Positions 13,507 through 25,000 of a stretch of 64,000 nucleotides of DNA are shown one piece after another (position 1 is the first letter of the stretch; every line of letters starts with the position of its first letter). The notes under the pieces were generated by a model. The model saw only the letters and a list, made by a program, of their open reading frames with translations. It did no database searches and was not told where the DNA came from. Made by a program: the position numbers and the translations under genes. Source of the stretch: Mobula hypostoma (lineage: Eukaryota); NCBI RefSeq assembly GCF_963921235.1, contig NC_086097.1, positions 132,124,001-132,188,000 on the forward strand, in the 5' to 3' direction.

Positions 13507-13685
13507 ATTGGTGCTGAGAGACATCCTAGGATGCACTGGGCCATATCATCAGTGACGTGACCTGGGGTCATCAAGCGTTTTGGGTCTTTCAACATCAGAC
13601 ACTCTCGGCCGGGCGACCCAGCCGGGGTTGATCAGGCACTGGTTTGTGCCCCAGCAGCATTGTCCACGGGTCACACCTCCTGATC
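13507..13685 (-). mobile_element. 3' end of a HERO-like (RLE/R2-group) non-LTR retrotransposon
   Basis: Minus strand reads IRRCDPWTMLLGHKPVPDQPRLGRPAESV*, similar to fish HERO C-termini as I recall them, followed by a structured 3' UTR. The family assignment is from memory. Confidence 0.55.
13538..13604 (-). ncRNA. Decayed hammerhead ribozyme in non-circularly permuted order (cleavage strand, GAAA strand, CUGAUGA strand)
   Basis: Minus strand: GAGUGUC^UGAUGU .. GACCC-AAAA-CGCUU .. ACGUCA-CUGAUGA. Helix III (GAGUGU/ACGCUU) and helix I (UGAUGU/ACGUCA) both pair over 6 bp. G12 is mutated to A and helix II is weak. Confidence 0.6.
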
Positions 13686-13734
13686 GACAGAAAGAACATG
13701 AAAACTCTATGCAGACATCACTGGAGGTCATGAT

Positions 13735-14246
13735 CAGACATCCCACCCTGCAAAAACTCGTTTCAGGGAGGTAGCACCATCAATTTGCAGGAGACTTCCG
13801 GGAGAGGTGGGATGTCTGCAAAAGAGTAGCTCCTTAGCAGCTGGCCAGCTAGTTTAAATAGCGTTAGCTATGCTAATGAACGAATGATACCTGTTAAACT
13901 CACCTCAACATGTCTTTTACAGTCTTAACCCACCATGGGCAATAGAAAAGTCACTGTTGCAAACAGTGCAGCGAGCATCACTGTCATTATTTTGACCCCT
14001 ACTAGGCAGGGGTACACTTTAGTGTAGTCTGGGGTGATGTACGTTTTATATTTTTTTTGGAACACTCTGCAATGGCTCTCTCGCTCTCTCTGTCTCTCTC
14101 TGTCGCTCGCGCGCTCTCTCTTGCTTTCTCTCGCACGCTCTCAAAAAAACTGATTTCCGTGATATTGTATATAATTTGTGGGTATCAGGGAGCCACTATT
14201 AATATGCGGGAGACTCCTGGAAGTTCAGGGAGAGGTGGAATGTCTG
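13735..14246. mobile_element. Non-autonomous TIR DNA transposon with 6-bp TSD (probably hAT superfamily), 512 bp
   Basis: TIRs CAGACATCCCACC (13735-13747) and GGTGGAATGTCTG (14234-14246). TSD CATGAT at 13729-13734 and 14247-14252. Subterminal GGGAGA repeats; internal CT-rich microsatellite at 14075-14142. Confidence 0.85.
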
Positions 14247-15779
14247 CATGATTAATCCATGGTTGTTGGAGATGTGAGGCATCTATTCTACCAGCTGTGC
14301 AACCGTGCGGCCCTCGGGTACATGACATACACCTCAGGGTTATGTTTGTCAAAAGAAACTGGTGCTCATTCCTATTTTTTCTTTAAAGGAAAAAAAAACC
14401 TCAAATAACATTTAACCAAGATGAGGTTCATTATATATTTTAATGTTCAGTCATATTTGACAGGATAAAGCTTGAAAATCATGCTCTGAGCAAGGATACT
14501 GCTTATTATAGCCAGCCAAAATCACAGCAACTTGACTTAAAACTAAAGTTACACATGGCTGTGAGTTTGCAGAAACCACAAAAAAATGCTTTTAAGTTCC
14601 TCTCGCTCTGCCAGGCACAGCAGACACATTACTGTGAACACTTTGAAATGGTGGCTTCCTTACTGCCGCACTATAACGGTTTGAGAAGGAAGTTTTAATC
14701 CATTAAACAATAAACAGAAAGATGAGAAGACAAACTCTTGGACTTAAGTTCTTCCTGCAGTTGCCATGGGAATGCTTGTCACATTACCCTGAGATTATCT
14801 GTATGAGTGATAGAGTCTGGTCCTTCAACCTGGGTAATTGCATTTTGTTTTTTTTTTGTTTTTTTTTAATCAAACTCACAAACAATAAGAGAGCAGCCCT
14901 GACAGAAAGTCAATGCGACATTGACAGCTGCAAAGGGAGGGATGTGAAAAGCCTAGGCTACCTATTATATTGGGGATGACGAGTTAGTTCACCTCCATGC
15001 CTTCGAAAGAGATATAACAGAAAGCATCAACATCAGCCCGCAGCAGAAAGAGGAAATGTGGACAGAGAGAAAGGCAGGAGAATGTTACAGCAGCAAAATG
15101 ATCTATTGAAATGATCAGATAAATAAGGTATCTTATTCAGAATTTTGAAATAGTTTTATTTTTCATATACATCTGTAACATTATAATAGCTATAACCTGT
15201 TAAAACATAAATATTGACTGTATATTAAAATAATTTGTACAGTTAACTAAGCAAAAAACAAACTTCAGCAACCATGGCGGGTGGGGACTACAGAAGTAAA
15301 TGAAAGTCACAAGTGGGACAGGAGAAGCAGGAGAAGAACCACTGCTTTAGACAATCCCAGACTCTCTGCAATAGCAATTATCAAAAAACATTTGACACAG
15401 AGGCGCACATAAGAAGTTAGGGTAGATGACCAATAGCTAAGTCATAAAGATGGATTTTAGGGGAAGCTCTTAAATGAAAAGGGAGAGCAGTTCCACCAAT
15501 TGTTTAACAAGGATAGTGTGTTAGTATTTTGTTTTTTTTTAATCATTTTGGAGCAATTGTATTTTTTTTCTCATAGGGTGTACAGAACAAAAGCAGGCCA
15601 TTCAGCACAAATTGTCTATGCACTTAGCATTTCTCAGCTGGAGACTCCTCCCATATACATTTACTTACAGGACTGGAGGCCATTTGGCCCATCAAATTAT
15701 TGGCAGTCCTCAGAGCAATTCCATTTCCCCAGCAGGTTTCCCCGTAATCATGCCCGTTAACACCACCCCCCCACCCCGC

Positions 15780-15990
15780 TTTTCTGAAAACTATATTCAT
15801 GGAAATTTTCAGCAGTCAATAAATCTAACAGTCAGCATGTCTTTGGGATGTGGATGGAAACCAGAACACCAAGGCAAACCCATTTGGTCAGAGCGAGTAA
15901 AAACGGACTTCACATAGACAGCAGCGGAGGTCAGGATAGAACCTGGAATTCGGGACTAGAGAGGCAGTTCACTACGTGCTGTCATGCCTC
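15780..15990 (-). mobile_element. V-SINE
   Basis: CAGCATGTCTTTGGGATGTGGATGGAAACCAGAACACC..GGAGGTCAGGATAGAACC is the reverse of a V-domain and B-box. Confidence 0.7.
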
Positions 15991-17299
15991 ATTTCCCATC
16001 TCCCTTATGTAGTTGTCCTGCCTCCCTTTAAACACACCTTATACTTCTTCACCTACACCACTCACTCCATGATAACAAGTTCCACATTCCTCCCAGTGAC
16101 TGGGTAAAGAATGACTTTCTGAAGCAGGAAAACAGTAATTAATTCCTGTATTTAAAAAATTAGACAAATACACCAATTTATGGTAATGATAATAAACTGC
16201 ATCTAATTTGGGGAAAGCAATAAATAATACCTCCATATTGAAAGTCATCCATTGCCTTTGTGACTTTGACGCGATTCATCAAGTCATGCATTGACTAGCA
16301 TAATCTATTTCAGGTCCACAAACAATGGGATTGGTCAAAAGGGAGACACAAGAGACTGCAGTTGCTGGAATCTGAAGCAAATATGCCAAATTGATTGGTT
16401 AGTAGCAGTACACAGGTCTCTTAAAGCCACTTTATTAAAGAAAAATGAACAACTATTGCTAAAATTTATACTGCCAGAATAGTTTTATCTGTGTAAAAAG
16501 AATATAGTGTATTTGTATGTGTATAGTGTATGCAAATGTATTTTCTTAATTATTAGTGAAAAAAAATAAGTCCTCAATTTTATATGTCAAATTTACCTCA
16601 GCACAACAGTCAATTTGGGATATTTAATACTTGTCTATATTATCAAATGCTATTAACAACATCAACAGTTACCTTTGTTTGTGTTTTTCATGTAAAGGAC
16701 AATATGAGGGATTATGCAAGATGTGCAGCCAGAAGATTTCAAATGGAGAAAAGGATATGAGTGTTTTTATTGCATGTGATTATCAAGAACTTTTCTTATA
16801 TAAACACATCTACAAATAATGACCTTGCTTCCAAAATACTAAGAAACTAATTGCAGGAGATCCAGTATTTGACTAAGGAACTACAGTGTGTCAAATTAAT
16901 ACATGGACATCATTTAAGATTAAGCTAATCATGCAATATAAATGGAACTTGCTGCATATGGGAGTCAGTTGTTTGTCAACTGGCTGTCTATTTTCTATAT
17001 TAAGTTGGCAAATTAGTTTATTATCATATGTACCAAGGTACAGTAAAATATTTTTCTTGCATAGAATTCAAACTGACCAATTCATTACAGCAGTGTATTG
17101 AGGTAGTACAAGGTATAACCATATCAAAGCACTGATTAAAGTGTTACAGATACAGAGAAAGTGAAGTGCAGGCAGGCAATAAGTTGCATGCTCATAACTG
17201 GATAGATTATGAGGTCAAGAGACCGTCTTTTATCAGTCAATATACTTCAAAAGGTATTTCACAGACTGTAAAGTACCTTGCTTTATCCTGCGATTATGA

Positions 17300-17830
17300 A
17301 ACACTTTATAAAAGTTCAATCCTCTTTTCCTGTTAAATCTATTAAGTTCCTTTTCCTTTTTCATTGCCTTCCTTAGCGATATCAATGCCATTGACAGAGC
17401 TTACACGTCATCCAAATTTCTCTCCATTGTCCAATACATTTCCATCCAATCATCTGAGTCACGTTTTCTCTGCCATTGTTTTGTTGGCTTGGATATTTTG
17501 CTTATTTCCTGTAATTTCAGGAATTACTTCTTAGATTCCATGTGCTCCCATAGATTGACATTCCCTTTGGATTTGATGGTTTTGGATTGACCTTCAGAAT
17601 CCAACTCACTGATGCATATCAAAAACAAAGTAGTTTGACTGAACCTCAAGGCATCCACTGAAAAATGTTCCCATCTCAATGCTGCTTCTTTAACCAGCAA
17701 CCAATATTTTTGCTCCCTTCGGCCAAGTTCTTATCCAGCACATGATTTTCTTCTGGATCGTGAAAGCTTTGAGCTTAATTCATATTCTTTCATGTGGAAC
17801 TTTATCAGTGCATTTTTGGAAATCTGAGGA
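17300..17830 (-). mobile_element. Old CR1 RT fragment
   Basis: Reverse strand retains DFQKCTDKVPHERI-like and SGCLEVQ-like decayed RT motifs. Confidence 0.5.
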
Positions 17831-18099
17831 AAAATTTCTGGAATCACTTAACATGCAATTAGAGGCAGCAATCATGGGAATGTAAGGTTATTCTGGATCA
17901 CTGGATTAAGATAGCCCTAATGACACTTAAGTCGATGTGAACTTCCGTGCAAATTTTCTGAAGATACACAATGACATTAAAGCTAGAAATGTCAAAAAAT
18001 AAAGTTTTTCACCTGATTGAATACAATAAAATCGATCATAATTTGACAAATTCACTTTCAGAAAACTGGACCCAGCTATTTTGAGCCAATTGATAACAC

Positions 18100-18365
18100 C
18101 CTTGATTATGGATCAGAAACCTCAAATTTCAAATCCCACTTCAGAGCCTTGACAACAAAAGTCCAGGCTGTCATTTCAAGGAGTTCGTCATTTTGGAGGT
18201 GTAAGCCCTCAGAATTTTTTTTTTTAGCTGATGGATATAAACATTGAAGTGACGGTGGATTATCTCAAGGGTCCTGCTTAATATTTATCCCTTACTAAAT
18301 AAAGTTGATCACTGGCAGTTGTGGGAGCTTGCTGTGAGTACATTGGCATTTCTTAATTCACAACA
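18100..18365 (+). mobile_element. Deu-SINE-like element
   Basis: tRNA-like TTCAAATCCCAC head, then GTCCTGCTTAATATTTATCCCT..TTGTGGGAGCTTGCTGTG, resembling the Deu domain. Confidence 0.6.
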
Positions 18366-18412
18366 GATTTGCAAGTAAGTTTACTAACAAGGGATGTATA
18401 AGCCACCACAAA

Positions 18413-19030
18413 CATTCAGTGGCCACTTCTTTAGATAGCTTTTGAACCTAATTAAGTGGCCAATTAGTAAACGTTCACGGTCTTCTGCTGTTGTAGCCAG
18501 TCCATAGCCCATCTACATCAAGGTTCAAAATGTTGTGCATTTAGGGATGTTCTTCTGCACACCACTGTTGTAACATGTGGTTATTTAAATTACTGTCAGT
18601 TTGAAGCAGTCTGTCCATTCTTTTCTGATCTCTCTCATTAACAAAGCACTTTTGCCAACAAAACTGCTGCTCGCTGGATGTGTTTATGTTTTCCACACCA
18701 TTCTCTATAAACTCTAGAGAATGTTTTGTCTGACAATCCCAGGAGATCAGTGGTTTCTGAGATACTCGGATTGCCCCGTCTGGCACCAACAATCATTCCA
18801 CAGACTAAGTCACATAGTTCACATTTCTTCCCCATTTTGATCAACACACATAAAATGCTGGAGGAACTGATCCTTTTGATGTTTGGTCCAAACAACAACT
18901 GAACCTCATTGAATCTCTTGATCATACCTGCATGTTTTTAAACATTGAGGTGCTGTCACATGATAGGCTGATAAGATATTTGCATTAATAAGCAGGTGTA
19001 CAGATGCACTTAATAAAGTGGTCACGAGTA
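18413..19030 (-). mobile_element. Non-autonomous Tc1 element (MITE-like deletion derivative)
   Basis: Degenerate CACTCAGTGGCCACTTTATTAGG-type TIRs with TA at the right flank. Encodes MGKKCELCD..GMIVGARRG..SISETTDLLG..SRVYREW (Tc1 paired-like DNA-binding domain). Same family as 56042-57099. Confidence 0.85.
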
Positions 19031-19039
19031 TATTACTCT

Positions 19040-21150
19040 GTGATTCATTTTTTTGCAGACATTCACAGTAGAATGAAGAAACACAATAGAATCAATGAAA
19101 AACTACACATAAAAACTGACAAATAACCAATATGCAAAAGAAGACAAAATATGCAAATAGAATCAATCAATACATAAATCAATAAATAAATAAACAAACA
19201 AACAAATAAATAATAACCAGACAAGATGTACCCCAGGCTACTGTGGGAGGCGAGGGATGAGATTGCTGAGCCTCTGGTGATGATCTTTGCATCATCAATG
19301 GGGACGGAGGAGGTTCCAGAGGATTGGCGGGTTGCAGATGTTGCTCCCTTATTCAAGAAAGGGAGTAGAGACAGCCCAGGAAATTATAGACAAGTGAGTC
19401 TTACTTCAGTGGTTGGTAAGTTGATGGAGAAGATTCTGAGAGACAGGATTTATGGTCATTTGGAGTGGCATAATGTGATTAGGAATAGTCAGCTTGGTTT
19501 TGTCTTGTCTTAGGAGCCTGACTGAATTTTTAGAGGATGTGACTAAAGACATTGATGAAGGTAGAACAGTAGATGTAGTGTTTATGGATTTCACCAAGGC
19601 ATTTGATAAGGTATCCCTTGCAAGGCTAATTGAGAAAGTAAGGAGGTATGGGATCCAAGAGGACCTTGCTTTGTGGATCCAGAATTGGCTTGCCCACAGA
19701 AGGCAAAGAGTGATTGTAGACGGGTCATATTCTGCATGGAGGTCAGTGAATAGTGGTGTGCCCTAGGGATCTGTTCTGGGACCCCTTCTCTTTTGTGATA
19801 TTTATAAATGACCTGAATGAGGAAGTGGAGGGATCGGTTAGTAAATTTGCTGATGATACAAAGGTTGGGTGTGTTGTGGATAGTGTGGAGGGCTATCAGC
19901 GCTTAGAGCAGGACATTGATAAGATGCAAACTGGGCTGAGAAGTGGCAGATGGAGTTCAACCCAAATCAGTGCGAGGTGGTTCATTTTGGTAAGTCAAAT
20001 ATGATGGCAGAATATAGTATTAATGGTAAGACTCTTGGCAGTGTGGAGGATCAGAGGGATCTTGGGGTCCGAGTCCTTAGGACACTCAAAGCAGGTGCGC
20101 AGGTTGATTCTGTGGTTAAGAAGGCACTTAATCAACTGTGAATTGGCCTTCATCAACTGTGGGATTGAGTTTAAGAGCTGAGTAGGACATTGGTCAGACC
20201 CTACCTGCAGTACTGTGCTCAGTTTGCTACAGGAAGGATATGGAATCTATAGAAAGGGTGCAGAGAAGACTTACAAGGATATTGCCTGGATTGGGGAGCA
20301 TGCCCTGTGAAAATAGATTGAGTGAACTTGGCCTTTTTTCCTTGGAGCAATGGAGGATGAGAGGTGAACTGATAGAGGTCTATAAGATGATGACAGGCAT
20401 CGTATGGATAGTCAGAGGCTTTTTCCCAGGGCTGAAATGGCTAACACGAGAAGGCACCATTTTAAGTTGCTTGGAAGTAGGTACAGAGGAGATGTCAGGG
20501 GCAAGCTTTTTATGCAGAGAATGGTGAGTGTGTGGAATGGGCTGCCGGCGATGGTGGTGAGGGCGGATATGACGGGGTCTTTTAAGAGAATTCTGGGTAG
20601 GTACATGGAGCTTAGATAAATAGAGGGCTATGGGTAACCCTAGGTAATTTCTAAAGTAAGTACATGTTAGGCATGGCATTGTGGGCTGAAGGGCCTGTAT
20701 TGTGCTCTAGGTTTTCTATGTTTCTATGTTTCTATGATATTGAGAACATGCGACATAAAGTCCTTGAAAGTGAGTCCTTAAGTTGGTAGGGTAATAATTC
20801 TTGAACCTGATGATGTGGGACCTAAGGCTGCTGTACCTCCTTCCCAATGGCAGCAGTGAGAAGAGAGCATGGTCTGGATAGTGGGGGTTCTTGATGATGT
20901 ATGATGTTTCCTTTGGCAGCTCGCTTTGTAGATGTACTGAATGGTGCAGAAGGACTTTTCCTGGGATGGACTGGGCTGTATCCATTATTTTCTCTAGGCT
21001 TTTCCATTTGTAGGCTTTGGTGTTTCCATACCAGGCTATTATACAACAGTCAGGACACTCTCCACTCTGGATCTATAGAAGTCTGTCAAAGTTTTAGATG
21101 ACATGCCAGATCTGCACTAACTTCTTAGAAGATAGAGGCACTGCCTTTGC
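19040..21150 (-). mobile_element. Rex1/Babar LINE 3' part, split by a CR1 insertion
   Basis: IIKNPHYPDHALFSLLPLGRRYSSL at 20780-20900. The 3' UTR continues at 19040-19216. Confidence 0.78.
19217..20736 (+). mobile_element. Young 5'-truncated CR1 LINE (RT domain, (TTTCTATG)n tail)
   Basis: VPEDWRVADVAPLFKKG..PGNYRQVSLTSVVGK, DFTKAFDKV, SKFADDTK; tail at 20713-20736. Closely similar to 23752-25303. Confidence 0.93.
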
Positions 21151-21414
21151 TTCTTACATGCTGGTCCAAGGACAGATCTTCTGAAATGATAATGCCAAGG
21201 AATTTAAATAGTAACTAACTTCAAATATACAGTAGTAAAATGCTTTGGAACATCACAAAAGGTGCTGAGGAGATGCAATCATGATTCCTCCAATGTTTTA
21301 TGCACATACCTACACAATTAAACAAATAGACATATTCAAGTTCTTCTTCAAGATACAGATGATCAATTGGTGACGCGATACTATGGAACAAAAAAGTCAG
21401 CCTAAAATGGAGTT

Positions 21415-21860
21415 CCCCAAAGCAAAGATGTCAACCTGAAATGTTGACTGCTCACTTCTCTCCACAGGGGCTGTCGGAGCCAGTGTGCTCTTCTAGCTTC
21501 TTGTTTATTGCTCCAAATTTCAGAACCCGTAGACTCTTCTAACTCCATTTTGCTTCTCCACTGGACGATCCCTCCAAGATCTGCCCACTCTGAAGAACTT
21601 TGCTTCTTCCTTTCATCTGCACTTCTGAGAACCTCTCTTACTGCTACCCCTCAGAGATTTCTGCTGCTTCCCTGCCCTTTGACCATGCTCTTACCCAGAC
21701 TCAGTACCACAATGATGTGCCATTCCCCAGTCCAGGTGAAGGGTCTTGACCTAAAGTGTTAACTCTCCATTTCCTTGAACAGATATTGCCTGACTTGCTG
21801 AGTTCCTCCAGCATCTTGCATGTTGTTCCAGGTTCTCATACCTGCAGACTCTACAACACC
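21415..21860 (+). mobile_element. Penelope-type terminal repeat (pLTR) remnants with a decayed hammerhead
   Basis: AGTC-CAGGTGA-AGGGTCTTGACCT-AAAGTGTT-AACT at 21729-21764, then GATATTGCCTGACTTGCTGAGTTCCTCCAGCAT. A second partial copy lies at about 21430-21520. Confidence 0.6.
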
Positions 21861-22009
21861 TTATCATTCATTGTACTCTGTAAAGAGCAGCAAATTGTTA
21901 GATAGCTCAAGTATGTCACATCAAGGCAATCACTCACAATTCTTTCAGTGAATCCCTGATTTGATATGAACACACAAGTATGGAGATTGGAATTTAATCT
22001 CATGCCAGC

Positions 22010-25000
22010 ACTCAGTGGTTGGGGAAATGTTGGAGGCTCTTATTAGGGATGAGGTTTCAGGGTACTTGGAAACTAATGATAAAATAAGTCAAAATCAAAA
22101 TGGCTTCTGTCAAGGGAAATCTTGCTTGACAAAAACTCAATATTAGGCTGACTTTTTTGTTCCATAGTATCACGTCACCAATTGATCATCTGGGGCAGGT
22201 GTGACCTGTACAAAAATGATGGGCTGCTCTTGAATCTGAGGGGAACAAATATCCTGGCGGGAAGGTTTGTTAAGGCTATTGGGAGAGTTTAAACGAGAGT
22301 TGCTGGGGGGTGGGAAACGAACTGAAGTGACAGAGGAAAGGGAGGTTGGCTCACAAATAGAGAAAGTTTGGAGACAGTGTGAAAGGGAGGATAGGCAGAT
22401 GATAGAGAAGGGACGCGCTCATTCCGATGGTTTGAGATGTGTCTATTTTAATGTGAGGAGTATCATGAATAAAGTGGATGAGCTTAGAGCGTGGATCAGC
22501 ATTTGGAGATATGATGTTGTGGCCATTACAGAGATATGGATGGTGCAGGGGCAGGAATGGCTACTTCAAGTGCCAGGCTTTAGATATTTCAGAAAGGATA
22601 GGGAGGGAGGCAGTAGAGGTGGGGGTGTGGCACTGTTGATCAGAGATAGTGTCACGGCTGCAGAAAAGAGGAAGTCATGGAGGGGTTGTCTACAGAGTCT
22701 CTGTGGGAGGAAGTTAGGAATAGGAAGGGGTCAATAACTCTACTGTGTATTTTTTGCAGAACACCCAATAGTAACAGGGACATCGAGGAGCAGATAGGGA
22801 GGCAGATTCTACAAAGGTGTAATAAAACAGGGTTATTGTGGTGGGAGATTTTAATTTCCCAAATATTGATTGGCATCTCCCTAAAGTGAGGGGTTTAGAT
22901 GGGGTGGAGTTTGTTAAGTGTGTTCAGGAAGGTTTCTTGACACAATATGTAGATAAGCCATCAAGAGGAGAGGCTGTACTTGTTCTGGTATTGGGAAATC
23001 AACCTGGTCAGGTGTCAGGTCTCTCAGTGGGAGAGCATTTTGGAGATAGTGATTACAATTCTACCTCCTTTACTATAGCATTGAAGAGGGATAGGAACAG
23101 ATAAGTTAGGGAAATGTTTAATTGGAGTAAGGGGAACTATGAAGCCATCAGGCAGGAACTTGGAAGCATAAATTGGAAACGGATGTTCTCAGGGAAACCT
23201 ACCAAAGAAATGTGGCAAATGTTCAGGGGATATTTGTGTGGCATTCTGCATAGGTTCGTTCCAATGAGACATGCAAAGGATGGTATGGTACAAGATCTGT
23301 GGTGCACATAGACTGTTGTAAGTCTAGTCAAGAAGAAAAGAAGAACTTAGAAAAGTTAAAAAAACTAGGTAATGATATGAATCTAGATGATTATAAGGCT
23401 AGCAAGAAGGAGCTTAAGAATGAAATTAGGAGAGTCAGAAGGGGCCATGAGAAGGCCTTGGTGGACAGGATTCAGGAAAACCCCAAGGCATTCTACAAGT
23501 ATGTGAAGAGCAAAAGGTTAAGACATGAGAGAATAGGACCAATCAAGTGTGACAATGGAAAAGTGTGTATGGAACCGGAGGAAATAGTGGAGGTACTTAA
23601 TGAGTACTTTGCTTCAGTATTCACTACGGAAAAGGATCTTGGCGATTGTAGGGATGACCTGCAGTGCACTGAAAAGCTTGAGAATGTAAATATTGAGAAA
23701 GAGGATATGCTGGAGATTTTGGAAAGCATCAAGTTGGATAAGTCACTGGGACTGGATGAGATGTATCCCAGGCTACTGTGGGAGGTGAGGGAGGAGATTG
23801 CTGAGCCTCTGGCGATGAGCTTTGCGTTATCAATGGGGACGGGAGAGGTTCCGGAGGATTGGAAGGTTGCAGATTTTGTTCCATTATTCAAGAAAGGGAG
23901 TAGAGATAGCCCAGGAAATTATAGACCAGTGAGTCTTACTTCAGTGGTTGGTAAGTTGAAGTAGAAGATCCTGAGAGGCAGGATTTATGGACATTTAGAG
24001 AGGCATAATATGATTAGGAATAGTCAGCATGGCTTTGTCAAAGGCAGGTCATGCCTTTCGAGCCTGATGGAATTTTTTGAGGATGTGACTAAGCACATTG
24101 ATGAAGGTAGAGCCATAGATGTAGTGTATATGGATTTTAGCAAGGCATTTGATAAGGTATCCCATGCAAGGCTTATTGAGAAAGTAAGAAGGCATGGGAT
24201 CCAAGGGGACATTGCTTTGAGGATCCAGAACTGGCTTGCCCACAGGAGGCAAAGAGTGGTTGTAGACTGGTCATATTCTGCATGGAGGCCGGTGACCAGT
24301 GGTGTGCCTCAGGGATCTGTTCTGGGACCCCTACTCTTTGTGATTTGTATAAATGACCTGGATGAGTAAGTGAAGGGGTGGGTTAGTAAATTTGCTGATG
24401 ACACAAAGGTTGGGGGTGTTGTGGATAGTGTGGATGGCTGTCAGAGGTTACAACGCGACATTGATAGGATGCAAAACTGAGCTGAGAATTGGCACATGGA
24501 GTTCAACCCAGATAAGTATGAGGTGGTTCATTTTGGTAGGTCAAATATGATGGCAGAATATGGTATTAAAGGTAAAACTCTTGGCAGTGTGGAGGATAAG
24601 AGGGAGCTTGGGGTCCGAGTCCATAGGACACTCAAAGTTGCTTCGCAGGTTGACTCTTTGGTGAAGAAAGCATACGGAGCATTGTCCTTCATCAATAGTG
24701 GGATTGCGTTTAAGAGCCGAGAGGTAATGTTGCAGCTATATAGGACCCTGGTTAGACACCACTTGGAGTACTGTGCCCAATTCTGGTCACCTCGCTATAG
24801 GAAGGATGTGGAAACGATAGAAAGAGTGCAGAGGAGATTTACAAGGGTGTTGCCTGGATTGGGGACCATGCCTTATGAGAATAGGTTAAGTGAACTTGGC
24901 CTTTTCTCCTTGGAGCGACAGAGGATCACAGGTGTCTTGATAGGGGTGTACAAGATAATGAGAGCCATTGATCCTGTGGATAGTCAGAGGCTTTTCCCCA

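Larger units (their letters stand above)
13445..14313 (-). mobile_element. V-SINE interrupted by two nested insertions
   Basis: V-domain pieces at 13445-13506 and 13686-13734 and the tRNA-like head at 14247-14313 join into one SINE once the inserts are removed. Confidence 0.7.

Noticed and set aside
16690..16770. CKMCSQKIS peptide resembling a LIM/zinc-finger start
   Set aside because: Only one CxxC, no downstream ligands and no convincing splice donor.
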